Shown here piece by piece: positions 11,097-22,872 of a stretch of DNA of 64,000 nt. A model generated the notes under the pieces. It was not told the origin of the DNA, did not search any database, and saw only the letters and a program-made list of their open reading frames with translations. The translations under genes and the position numbers were made by a program. The stretch's first letter is position 1; every line of letters begins with the position of its first letter. The stretch comes from Penicillus capitatus (Eukaryota; Plantae; Chlorophyta): the NCBI GenBank assembly GCA_965649825.1, contig OZ287700.1, forward strand, positions 1,364,001 to 1,428,000, given 5' to 3'.

Positions 11097-12187
11097 ATGG
11101 CGAAAGCGCTGGTCGTGTTTGGCTGTTTGGCGGCGGTGGCAGGGCTCGATCTCGTACGACGGCGAAAAAGACGCCGGCAAAAGAACGTCGTTTCCAAGGA
11201 GACGTGGCGTGCGTCGCCAAACGCCAGGATAATGGGAGCCCGTCTGCCAATGTGCTCAGAGCGGAAGGCTCCCCGCAAACATGGCGGCGCCGTCACCATG
11301 TGTATACTCTTCGTGGCGACGCTGATGGTGTGGCTGGGAGGTTGGCTTCTGTCCGAGGGAGACATTTCAGGAAATTCTTCTTTTCATCCGCCGCTCGTGG
11401 CCTTGTACTTCTCATTCTTTCTCACTTTATTGATCTCAGCATTCTTTGCAGTGCGTCAATTCTTAGAGAAATCCACTAGGTTGTCGATCGCTGCTATGTA
11501 GGTGCATTCTTTAAGGAATCCTCGCAGCTTCGCATCAGCTACCGCGATAGAAAGCGATTCGAGCCAAACCCACACCATCCCTGATTTCAGTGGCCTCTGG
11601 ATCAAGGTTTCCGAATGTCTCTCGCTCAGGGCGAACCACACGTGTCTAGTACTTTAGAACGACGAGCGTTCGACGTCTACCGACGACGTGATGGAGATAA
11701 TGCACATCGGCCGCTTTCTTCGAACAGCCGTGCGCCTCGTCCGAGGTCTCGACATCCATCAAGACGCAACATCCTTCCAGATCTCAGTCATAAGCATCTT
11801 CCGATGCGTCAAAGTCCGTCTCACACGACACAGCCTCTCTTGTGCTAACCGTTTCGTCCCATCCTTCTTAGATCACCGAGAAATACGCACTGGACGGCGA
11901 GAAGAGTGAATGGAGACGGCGGGATCTTCGCAAAGGTATGGAGGACATCTCTGCCGCAGTTCCACAGCACTTGACGCTGTGCGCTTGCAGGGCGACACAC
12001 AGGCTACGTGGAATGGAATGAAGACAGCCAGACATTGTCTCTCGTTCTTGAATGGTCATCTCCGTTTGCCGGAAAAGGAACGGATCAATTCCATCGACTC
12101 TCTCCAACCGAACTTTTCGTCCGGAGCGTCCTAGAGACACCCGACGGCAAAACGGCATCGTACGATACGTTCTATCGAAAGAAATGA
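11097..12187 (+). CDS. calycin/lipocalin-like beta-barrel protein with N-terminal hydrophobic extension (paralog 1)
   Basis: Spliced PDFSGLWIK|NDERS...HIGRFLRTAVRLVRGLDIH...|ITEKYALDG...RRRDLRKG|...YDTFYRKK*. N-terminal FSGxW motif; colinear with the next gene. Confidence 0.6.
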
Positions 12188-12397
12188 TGAAACATAGAGG
12201 AAGCTGAGCTGTCTTCCGTAACGATCATCTCGCAGTCTCTTCGCGATCACGGTTGTCGTGGATGTGACGGTTCGATCGCAGCTTCTCAACGAACAGTCGC
12301 TCGGAAGCGCTGATGCGACGTCAATAGACTTTAAAAAGGACGCATCACCCGCCTCTTCGCTTTCCGCCACGCACTTTCGTCCTTTCTTCTCAGCAAC

Positions 12398-12987
12398 ATG
12401 TCTGACTTGCCGAATTTCTCTGGGTACTGGGTCCAAGTACGTATCTTTTGGCGTTTCCAGCCGTCTTCTCTTCTCCATGTGTCTATTAACGTGTCGGTAT
12501 GTGTGTTCGCTTGTGTGTAGGACAAAGAGAGGTCCGACAAGGATGAGCCGTCGTTTGCGCTTATCGAAGCGGGGTTCATGCTACGAAAGGGCGTTCATGC
12601 CATTCGTGGTCTCGAAATCGAATTTGTCCCCGGCGACTACTTTCAGTTCGCCATCGTCACTATCGTCCCTTTCTTCAAAGTCCGCCTCTCCGTTTTCCAC
12701 GTTGACCAGCGAATGGACCGTCGCGTGTGCAGATCAAAGAAAAATATCCCATGGACGGTTCGGAAACTGAGCAGGGCCGACGAGACATGCGCAAAGGAAA
12801 ATCCATCGGGACCGTCAAAGTCGAAGGACAAGAGATTCACATAACATTCTCTTATGAAGGAGAACTCGCCGGAAATGGTAGCGATATCTTCAGAATGGTC
12901 AGCAATGAAGAACTGCACGTCATCCAAACCTTGGAGAATAAGAACGGAAAGAACATTGTCACCAAAATCTATAACCGTAAGAAGTAG
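12398..12987 (+). CDS. calycin/lipocalin-like beta-barrel protein (paralog 2)
   Basis: MSDLPNFSGYWVQ|DKERSD...LRKGVHAIRGLEIEF...FFK|IKEKYPMDG...RRDMRKG...KIYNRKK*; intron positions shared with paralog 1. Confidence 0.65.
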
Positions 12988-13097
12988 ATATGTACGATCA
13001 TTGGACTGGATCCCTTGCCGACAAGAGTGCCTCTTATTGAAGTGCACGATTGTCGTATTGGGCTTGGTTTAAAATGATGTTCTGACCACAAAGATGG

Positions 13098-14927
13098 TTA
13101 CTCCCATTCGATCGTTCCCGGCGGCTTGTTCGTGACATCGTACACAACGCGGTTGACATTGGGTACCCTGTATGATGGCGTGAGGTATGATGAGGGGATG
13201 CTGAGTGCAGACCTGTTGCAGATGCGACTGGAGACGGTTTGGAGAAAGGCAGCATCGAAAGGATACCATTCGGCCGTCATACCATCGCTGCTCTTCACAG
13301 CGCGGAGACCGATGACATGTGCATGTGTGCGTCGGTCGCCTTGGACACCGACGGATCGGAGGGGGAGGAAAACGGCAAAGGCTTGCCAGATGTCATCGTA
13401 GAGACCGAATTCGCGAATGGTATCGATGTAGATCTCATCGGCCAGACGCAGCGTGGAGAGACGGTCATCGAGTGTGACATCTCCCAGTATCCGCACGGCT
13501 AGACCAGGACCCGGAAAGGGATGGCGTTTGATGAAATGGTCTGGTACGCCGAGCAGGGCACCCAAGGTACGAACCTCATCCTGTACAGCAGATAACATCA
13601 CACCATCTATCCGCACATCGGTCACACTTTAAAGAGCTCCTTCAGTGGTTCGACGAGCTGAAACTGTAGATCCGCAGGCAGACCGCCAACATTGTGATGT
13701 GACTTGATGGTATGGCTGTATTTTTGAAGAGACCCTGGCGGCGGACAGGATTCGATGACATCTGGATACAACGTTCCCTACAGGAGATGCATCCTGTATG
13801 ACAAGGGAAGGCACACGTTGGCATCCATGGTTACCTGAACGAGAAACTTGGCTTGCTTTCCGATCTGCTTCTCCAGCTGATCTCTAAAATCTTTGAAGGC
13901 GTTGATGAATTCGGCCCCGATCGCTTTTCGTTTCTTCTCTGGCTCCGTGACACCGTTGAGTTTCTCGAGCATCTCTTTGGAACGATCGACGACCGTCACG
14001 GGCAGATGGAGATGGTCTCGGAACATTTGCATCACGCGTTCTTGCTCCTGGACATACCAGAGAGCGACTTTCGAGCAGACCGTCCACTCGTCTGCACACT
14101 TTGTATCGGAGAAGGCCATTGTCGACAAAGACACAGTGTAGACGATCGCCCACCACTCCATGGACCAAAACAGCCGCCACGGTGCTGTCGACGCCACCCG
14201 ACAGGGCACAGATAACGTGATCCTCTTCCGGAATACGCGTTGCGATTTTTTCCCGTTCCGTTTTCAAGACGCATCCCATCGTCCAATTCGATTCCAATTT
14301 GCAAATATCTTTCACAAATCGCTGCAGCATCTGCTGTCCTCTGACGGAATGGGAGACTTCTGGATGGTACTGAAGGCCGTAGATTTTCTGAACGTCATGT
14401 TCTATGGCCACCACCATGCCCTCTTCACTCCTGCCCACCACACGAAACCCCTCGGGCACTTGAGTCACTTCATCTCCGTGCGACATCCACACCACTTGAG
14501 GCACATCGCTCTCACCTAACGCCATCCATCGCATGCGTCTCAGGGCACTCGTCACGTCACCTTCGTAAAGGCTTGACGCGGGATCCACCGTTATCTCCAT
14601 ACGACCGTATTCTCCTCTGCTCGATGTCTGCTGTACGGATCCGTGGAGAGATGCCACGAGGATGTGCAGTCCATAACAGATGCCCAGAACGGGAATGTCT
14701 TTCTCACGACAGTAGGAGAGAAAAGACGGTGGGAGTTGCAGTGCCGAGGGATCTGTTACCGATTGTGGTCCTCCAGAGAGAACGATGCCTCCCGGGGAAT
14801 GTGCCTCGAGATCTGCGATCGCGACATCCGCCGGCAGCAATACCGAGTGCACCCCGAGTTCGCGCACCCGTCGAGCGATGAGCTGAGTGTACTGCGAGCC
14901 GAAATCCAGAACGACCACGTGCGTCAT
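13098..14927 (-). CDS. guaA: GMP synthase (glutamine-hydrolysing)
   Basis: [75 protein letters not shown]. Confidence 0.97.
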
Positions 14928-14996
14928 AATTTTTTCGTTTAACGATTGTGGCGACCCATCGTTTTGGTCGACGCGAATTTTTCTTGAAAACGCAGA

Positions 14997-17081
14997 ATGA
15001 GTGGTGTTGCTTCTCAGATTCCCGACTGGCTTGCTTCGGCCGGACTCGAGCGCTATTCCTCGCTCTTTGAGGACGTCAGCGAAGAGGGATTCCTGTCATT
15101 GCAGATGACGGACTACGAAAAGTATGGGTTGACGAATATCGACGACAAGCAACGACTCTTTCGTTTGATAAAGCGACTCGGCAAGACGCAACGCACCACC
15201 CGTGTCGCACACACCGCGCCGAGCACGGCACCGACGACGGAGATGCGTCGAGGATGGGGTGCATCGGAGCATGGACTGCTGGATCTCGATGAGAACGACG
15301 GCGATTTGCTCGACGAAGCTCAGGGCGATGCCTTCCTGGAACCCCCATTGCGTCCAACCATAACTCCTGCTATCCGAGGACCGCCACCTCCCAAGATTCG
15401 AGTTGTTGTGCGCAAACGTCCCATCAACAAAAAAGAGAAAGAGAGAGGAGAAGACGATATCATGAATGTCGATATGGCCAAGGGCGAACTGATGGTGAAC
15501 GAGCCAAAACTCCGAGTGGATTTGACACGTTACATCGAGCGCCATCGTTTTGTCTTTGACGATGCGCTGGCAGAGGGCGTCTCGAATGATGACGTCTATC
15601 GCTCGACTGTCCAGCCTTTGGTCCAGACGCTCTTTTGGGGAGGCAAAGCGACGTGTTTTGCTTACGGTCAGACAGGAAGTGGCAAGACCTACACGATGAC
15701 ACCTCTTCCTCTCAAAGCGGCCGACGAGATTTTCTCAATCCTCAATGGAAACCGCGAATTCAAGAATTTCTATCTCTATGTGTCATGCTTCGAGATCTAT
15801 GGTGGAAAGATTTTTGATCTGCTGAACGCTCGGAAGAAGCTGGAGATTCGGGAGGACAGCAAGAGACGCGTCGTTGTGGTCGGACTCAAAGAATTCGCAG
15901 CCGATTCGCTGTCATTTATCCAGACCTTGATTCATCGAGCGTCTTCAACGCGTAGCACTGGGACGACAGGAGCGAACACCGATTCCTCTCGTTCCCATTC
16001 CATCATGCAGTTTGCTATCAAGAAGGGAAACAAAGCTGGGGTCAGTCTGGTGGGCAAGATTTCTTTTATCGATCTAGCTGGGAGCGAACGTGGGGCCGAT
16101 ACCTGTGACAACAATCGACAGACGCGACTGGAGGGTGCTGAAATCAATAAGTCGCTCTTGGCACTCAAGGAATGTATCAGAGCTCTGGACTGCGAGGCAC
16201 GCCACGTGCCCTTCCGTGGCTCCAAGCTCACAGCAGTACTGCGCGATTCTTTCGTTGGAAAGGAGGCACGGACTGTCATGATTGCCAACGTCTCGCCCAA
16301 TTCCTTGTCTGTCGAGCACAGTCTCAATACACTGCGCTATGCAGATCGCGTCAAGGAGCTGCGAAAAGAGAAGAATGAACGCAGTACCAGTCTGGTCACT
16401 CCCGGAAGGCTGCTTCCTGCCGGATACTCCAATACTACCATCGAAGAGGAACAGGAGACGGGATTGGATCCCTATATCGATCCGGCATCGCAAAAGGAAG
16501 TCAAAGTGGCACAGCCGCCGCCAACATCGCGAGGTAACAAGCGAAATGGCCCGGCGTCGTTGTCCGATTCCCTGAGCTTCCACGGACGGAACAAGAGTAC
16601 ACCGAGTCTGCCGGAAGAGCCCTTTGAAGACATCCGTGTCGATCGATCGCATCGCCCAACACAGTCTTGTATTACGTATTCGAGTAAAGAGGAGACGTCA
16701 GAGATGGAGGAAGAGTGTGAGATACCGGAGTCTGTTGTGCCTGAGAGATCTGTCGCTCCGATGCCGTCCGTGACAAACAGAGAGGAACTTCTGGCGCAAC
16801 ACGAAGTGGTGATGAATGATATCCTCGACGGGGAGGAGGTCGTGATCGAAGGCCACCGCCGTATGATTGAGTCACTCATGGAACTGGTCAAAGAAGAGAT
16901 GAGTATGTTAAGTGAAGTGGACCAGCCTGGCAGCGCCATCGACAAATACATCGGCCGCCTTGATAAGATACTGACAGAGAAGTGCCGTATTATAACGGCG
17001 ATGCAACGCAAGGTCGATGAGTTTAAGGCGAAGTTGGGCCAGGAAGAAGAGCTGAGTCAAGTGTTAGGAGGCCTCAGATAA
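14997..17081 (+). CDS. KIN13: kinesin-13 with N-terminal SAM-like domain, intronless, 694 aa
   Basis: KIRVVVRKRP, PKLRVDLT (KVD-finger), GQTGSGKT, NTDSSRSH, FIDLAGSER, HVPFRGSKLT; N-terminal WLASAGLERY. Confidence 0.95.
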   Translation: MSGVASQIPDWLASAGLERYSSLFEDVSEEGFLSLQMTDYEKYGLTNIDDKQRLFRLIKRLGKTQRTTRVAHTAPSTAPTTEMRRGWGASEHGLLDLDENDGDLLDEAQGDAFLEPPLRPTITPAIRGPPPPKIRVVVRKRPINKKEKERGEDDIMNVDMAKGELMVNEPKLRVDLTRYIERHRFVFDDALAEGVSNDDVYRSTVQPLVQTLFWGGKATCFAYGQTGSGKTYTMTPLPLKAADEIFSILNGNREFKNFYLYVSCFEIYGGKIFDLLNARKKLEIREDSKRRVVVVGLKEFAADSLSFIQTLIHRASSTRSTGTTGANTDSSRSHSIMQFAIKKGNKAGVSLVGKISFIDLAGSERGADTCDNNRQTRLEGAEINKSLLALKECIRALDCEARHVPFRGSKLTAVLRDSFVGKEARTVMIANVSPNSLSVEHSLNTLRYADRVKELRKEKNERSTSLVTPGRLLPAGYSNTTIEEEQETGLDPYIDPASQKEVKVAQPPPTSRGNKRNGPASLSDSLSFHGRNKSTPSLPEEPFEDIRVDRSHRPTQSCITYSSKEETSEMEEECEIPESVVPERSVAPMPSVTNREELLAQHEVVMNDILDGEEVVIEGHRRMIESLMELVKEEMSMLSEVDQPGSAIDKYIGRLDKILTEKCRIITAMQRKVDEFKAKLGQEEELSQVLGGLR

Positions 17082-17195
17082 GACCTTTCTCCTCTGAACA
17101 GAAGAATCTCTGCATGAGAATTTGGATCCTGTAGACAGTCAGTCTTTTAAGCAACCATCAAGTCTGTAATCGGTGGTGTCTAAACTCTGTCCGTC

Positions 17196-18007
17196 ATGCA
17201 GAGAATTCTGAGATCGTGTTCGGCGCTTCGATGCCATCGGAACGCCGTGTTCTCGACGCAGGTGGATCAGCTGGCGACCCCGGCGACGTCGCTCTTCTAT
17301 GACCGTCCTTTCTACTTGGCGCGTCCCGAAGTGGAGAATTCGTTTTTTGGACGACTCCTGCTGAGGATTGGCGGCTACTATGGAAACGATTCAAAGCGCC
17401 GACGGGGTGCTAACAATCTCTACTTCGCTATGCGTGAACAGGCAGAGAATGCACCGTTCTACAAGGTCATGGATCTGAACCCAGATACCTTTGCTGCCGT
17501 ACACAACGTCCTGGGACTTCACATGTGGCTCGTGATCAACCGACTGAATCGTCTGGAAGAGAAAAAGAACGCGAAGAAACTCACACAGCTCGTCTACGAT
17601 CAGTTTCTGGACGATATCGAATTGCGCGTGCATCGACTGGGTGTTCGAGTAAGGAGATCGAGAGAGCGCGTCGACATGTGCGGAGCCATTGGGATCAGGT
17701 GAAGGTGAACGCGAGATTGGATGATCTCGAGCGGCGATTCTATGGACGATGCCTCGCTTATGATCGTGCATTGGAGAGTGGTGCGAAAGAGAACTTGGCA
17801 GAGGCATTGCTACGAAACGTCTACGACGAATGCCAAGAGAAGCGCTCCGCAGCACGACGACTCGAACGGTCCATCGATGGCACGTGATCCACGACAGGAC
17901 GTTCCTCCTTCGATTGTAGGTATCTAAAACGCGAGATCGAATGTCTGAGACTGACTGAGAACGACGAAGTGCTGAAGGGCAGGATCCGATTCACCACTTT
18001 TGCGTGA
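17196..18007 (+). CDS. CBP3: ubiquinol-cytochrome c chaperone CBP3/UQCC1
   Basis: LHMWLVINRL, YDQFLDDIELRV, FYGRCLAYDRAL, LAEALLRNVY. Confidence 0.85.
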
Positions 18008-18323
18008 CATTGCTTTTGGCAGAGGGTAACGCCTGGAAAGAGTGTGAGTGTCGAGCAGCTTCTCATGCGCCATTCGCGATGTCCATTCGACGACAGCGAC
18101 GAAATCGTGGATGCGACGAGATGACGTGAACTTTCGAAGTCGTTCTGTCTGTTGATGATGACATCGCCTTCGTCGTCATGGGAGATGCACGAAGGCAAGA
18201 TTTCTGTATCGACGGGAGTGTCCTGTCGCACCTGTGGTGACTGCTAAGGCAAACAACGAGCACAAGAGCGCCGCAGTCCAACGGGTCCTTACAACCCGGT
18301 CGAAACGGGACGTGCCTGGACAC

Positions 18324-19156
18324 ATGGTTTTCTGAACCAGAAGCCTTGGCACCCGCTGAGCTACCGTAACCTTCAGCGAAAGTACGAAGCCGAGCAGAAA
18401 CATATGGCACAAGAGCGGCAACGCGAAGCGGCACGAGTAACGGCAACGCACTCTTCTCTGCGCTTAACTCATATACAATGCCATGGACTCTTTTAGAAAC
18501 AGCTGGAAGTGGAGGAAGAGCATTACAAGAGTCTGTCATACCTGAGTAGCCAGGACATCAAAGAATACAGGTCAATGGAAATGGAGATGGAGAGGTCGGC
18601 ATTCCGCCTGTTTCTAGAGATCGTCAGCAGCTGGCCTTTATGTACGTGAAGCCGCCAGGACTGACAGCTCTAACGCAGGAACGCGAGAAGCGTGAGAAAG
18701 AGGTCAGCACGCCCGGTCTCGCGTCCCGACGACGATGATCATCGCTCTGGCGTTTAAGGAGCGACGTATGAAGATAGAGAAACACGACCCATCAGCTGAG
18801 CCGTTCAGAGAGAAGGGCCCGATGCGCACCATGTTACAAGGCATGCCGTCAAACAGCTGATGGATGGGTCAGGAATGGATGGGAGACTGTTTTTAGGTCA
18901 TGCCATGTGTGCAGAGAATCAGATGGTGTTGCATTTGGGCATGTCTGCACCGCATGGCGGATTCGATCCCAAGGCCGAGAATCAGCAGCTTCTCTTTTCA
19001 GGCATTCCCCGAATCTCCCATTATTTCCCCTTTCGACCTGATCTCTGTCTCCTAGATGGTGACGACGATTCGGAAGTTGCGATCAAGCGAAGACGGAAGA
19101 GGACTCGGATGCGAGACAAGGCATTCGTTGACTGGACTGTTTGGCTTCTGATGTGA
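18324..19156 (+). CDS. Cir_N domain protein (CIR1/CWC25-like); 3' end uncertain
   Basis: MVFLNQKPWHPLSYRNLQRKYEAEQK matches the Cir_N motif; downstream LAFMYVKPPG. Confidence 0.7.
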
Positions 19157-19292
19157 CGTTTCTATAGGTCAAGAGAGCGGAGGCGATTCTGAAGGCGGCT
19201 GGGTACGACATTAATGCGATTCATCGACAAATCGATCGAGACGCGAAGAAGAAACATCATCGAGCTGCAAGAGACCGAACGGATTGTAAAAG

Positions 19293-20270
19293 ATGACAAC
19301 TGCGCATCGTCCGACATGGGCTCCCGCGAAAGGCAACGACGAACAAGGCGGCTATCGTCTGTTCGTCCCGAGCGCCGCCGTTTCAGCGAAAGACCTGCCG
19401 GGCCATACAAAACTTAAATTCCGGTACCCACTTCGACTCTCCGAACGAACATACGCCGAGCGGATGGAACTAGAGCAACGGGGCAAGACTCAAGAGAGGA
19501 CCTCAAAGAGAGAGACTTGAGAGTTCGTGTCCTTACCCGGAAGAGACGAATGATGGGACGTGTCTGTCTCTTAGGCCGAGTTGGAGCTGAAAGAGAAGAA
19601 GCACTTTGAAGGTCGTCGGCAAACTGATTCACGAAACGACCTGGATGCGGCCGTTGTTCTGTAGAGTGTCGACAGAAAGATCTGCTGTTGCTGAAAGAAA
19701 CCGAAGATGCACCACATCCTCCACGTCTTCTCATTCCTATGGCGGCAGACGCCGATGACGAAGAGATCTCTGAAAAAGACAGCGATGCCGATTCCGAGGC
19801 AGAGAGCGAAGTGCCTTCTGCACAAACCACGATGCCTTGTTTAAATCTTCGCTGTCTTTAGGACGAAGAGGCAGAGCTGCTTGCAGAACTCGAACGTATC
19901 AAGAAAGAGCGTGAGGAGGAAGCTAGGAAGAAGGTGGTCACTCTTTTGCGACCGAACCATCGATCACGCATCGGTTGATGTGACAGGAGGAGGAGCGTCG
20001 ACAGAAAGAGAAGGAACAGGAAGAAGAAGAGATGCTCACCGGCAATCCTCTGCTCAACAAACCCAACGACCGTCGCTCTTTTAACATGAAACGAAGGTTG
20101 GACCCATCTCACTCAAATGCGTTATGATTTCTCATTCATTTGGCAGATGGGACGAAGACGTGATTTTCAAAAATCAATCGCGTGGCGAGCCCAAAGCGGT
20201 AAAGCGTTTCATCAATGACACCGTCCGGTCCGACTTCCACCAAAAATTCCTCCGGCGCTACATTCGATAG
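19293..20270 (+). CDS. CWC15: spliceosomal protein CWC15
   Basis: [14 protein letters not shown]...[14 protein letters not shown]; C-terminal [40 protein letters not shown]. Confidence 0.95.
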
Positions 20271-20352
20271 AATTGCTCGCTGTAAGATGCCTTCTGATGT
20301 AAGTGTGTGTCATCCATTCGTCGTTATGCCAGTAGCTGTCACATCATTTTCT

Positions 20353-20905
20353 ATGTCGCGTGCAGGCGATGTTGCGGAGACGGCAGATGGCCACGTCGAT
20401 GATCGCTCCTCCCTGCGAGAGTACACCTTTAGCGAGACACTTCTCGACGTGCATATCCATTTTCATATCATCGATCTCGGAAAACAGCTCTACGTATGGG
20501 TGGCAAGCGACGCGGCGAAATTGGGCAACCTTTACGTAACGGGTGTCGAGTTTCAAGTAGGCACAGGAAGCCCGCCAATGAAGGACCACCATTTCTTGAG
20601 GGTATCTTTAGAAAAAGGCGCCGGCTGTGGCGACGTTGTTGTCCGGAGGTCCTTCCTGCGCCGCCGAGTCTTTGGCCCAGCGAATAGGTCTGATTCCTTT
20701 CAGCCCCTCCATCCAGTGAACTCCCTCACAGCGATGAAGATGCAGAAGCCTGTCCTCTGCTCGGTCAACTTATCAAGCAACGATGACATCCTCCAAGTCT
20801 GTCTCACATGTGTGACCAAGTGACTGAGAGAATGGCACATAGAGAGTGGCAGAGAAGAAGCTCTTCGAATTCCTATCCACTCTGCCGAGCACCCACACAG
20901 TGTAA
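20353..20905 (+). CDS. PSMG4: proteasome assembly chaperone 4-like
   Basis: FSETLLDVHIHFHIIDLGKQLYVWVA...LGNLY...SLAQRI|AMKMQKPVLCSVNL. Confidence 0.7.
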
Positions 20906-21237
20906 CAAGACCGTCGGCGATCGAGCGAAGGGTACTTTTCCCAGAGATCCGACAACCAGCTCGCCATCCGTCACATCAATTTCTGTCAGATGCAAGGATA
21001 CTCGCTCACTGTTTACGCGTCTCGTTAAGAGTCAGTCCTGTAGAGCCGTTCTTTCCGTAGCTCCGTGTCAGATCACACACGTATCGGTTGGTTCTGCAGA
21101 ACAGAGGATACGCGGTTTCTCTGTCAATGGTCGTTTCGATCCTGGTCCCATTTTGCATAGCCAGCCGTCAGTCACATCATGAAGGTTGTGTGTCGATTCA
21201 GGTGCGCTGGCTGGGACGCCCCGTCTAAGGGATAGAG

Positions 21238-22784
21238 ATGCGGACACTGCAATCGAGCACGGCCGGAACGAGCATCTCACTCAAAGCGTCTCCGTTTACA
21301 CTCCTCCACTCTTTCGCGAGGCGAAGGGAACGTGGCGCGACGTTTCGTTCGCTAAGCATCTCGGCTACGAAGCCCGCCGTCTCCGTCGGCCAGGCATCCA
21401 CAGCGGAAGACGATGACATCAGTTCCCCGGAAACACCCGTTGCGCCTTTGTGGCAAAAGGCCTTTTCAAAATGCGCCTCGCGGTTTACCCTGCTGGGACT
21501 GACAGTCTCGGCCCTGGGTCCCGCCCTCGGACTCGGTACCTCCTTTGAAACCGCAGATACCATTGCGCATCGCGGACGTCGTTTTAGGAAAGGGATTCGA
21601 TGGATCGGATCCGATCTCCGTCGCCAAGGCGCTCGGCATTCTCACAGTGGTCGTCGCCGTCCACGAGTGTGGGCATTTCTTGGCGGCGCGCCTGCAGAAC
21701 ATCCATGTGTCAAAATTTGCCATCGGATTCGGGCCATCTCTGCTTACTTATCAAGGACGCATTGTCGAGTATTCGCTGCGCGCTTTGCCTCTCGGAGGCT
21801 TCGTCGCTTTCCCCGATGATGATCCGAAGTGTCCGTATCCAGAAGACGATCCAGATCTGCTCAAGAATCGACCCATTCGAGATCGAGCCATCGTCATCAG
21901 TGCAGGCGTTCTGGCCAATGTCCTCTTCGCTTTTGTCATCCTCTTTGTCCAAGTGGCCACATCCGCTGCATCCCTACAGCGAAAAGGCGTGCGTTTGTGC
22001 AGGCGTCGACGGTTGGGATCACCGCAGAGGTGTTGGAACCGGGGGTCATTATTCCCCAAATCCTCAAAGACTCGGCAGCAGACCAAGCTGGTGCGCCACG
22101 ATCTCTGCAAATGATAGATATACCGACCCATGTGATGATGTGACAGGTATTAATCCAGGGGACGTCATTTTGGAGATGGATGGGGTGCTGACAGCCCCTG
22201 AGCCTTCTGCCGTTGGCGTCGTCATCGATTCCATTCAGTCCCATCCTAACCGACCCCTCACCCTTCGACTCCAACGCAACGACAAGGAACTGACGCTCCA
22301 AGCCACACCGACTCAAGGAAGCAAGGGTGAAGGACGGTTGGGCGTTCAACTCGTCTCCAAGTATCATCTCACCACTCGTGTCGCCCAGAATGGTCTCCAG
22401 TCCCTGCAGCTCGCAACATCTGAGTTTCTGAGACTGAGCGGAGAGATTCTGAGAGGACTTCAGCAATTGATCTTCAATTTCTCCCAGTCAGCTGAGAAGG
22501 TATCGGGGCCGGTTGCCATTGTGGCTATGGGTGCCGAAGTGGCGCGTCTCAATGCTCCACAACTCTATCTCTTTGCCGCTGTGGTCAATCTCAATCTCGC
22601 TGTGGTGAATACCTTACCCCTCCCAGCACTGGATGGCGGCTACTTTGCCCTGCTGATGCTCGAAATCGTACGTGGAGGAAAGAAACTGCCGCGTGGTGTC
22701 GAACAGAGCGTCACGGCATCGGGTATTCTCTTTCTAATGGCAGTGGGCTGCTTCTTAGTCGTCCGTGACATCACCGCACTTTAA
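21238..22784 (+). CDS. rseP: plastid RseP/site-2 (M50) metalloprotease with PDZ domain
   Basis: HECGH (HExxH), FAIGFGP, LPLGGFV, ISAGVLAN, NLAVVNTLPLPALDGG; transit-peptide-like N-terminus. Confidence 0.93.
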
Positions 22785-22872
22785 TTGTATGTTTGTGCGT
22801 GCATTGTCTTTCTTGTTGCATCGTGCTTCTTCCATTCTCGCGCGTGTGTACGTTCGTTTATTCTAGACATCG

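Noticed and set aside
21545-22140. Apparent frameshifts between RseP ORFs, and similar breaks in GMP synthase, ABC1 and uL3
   Set aside because: Explained by short GT-AG introns.
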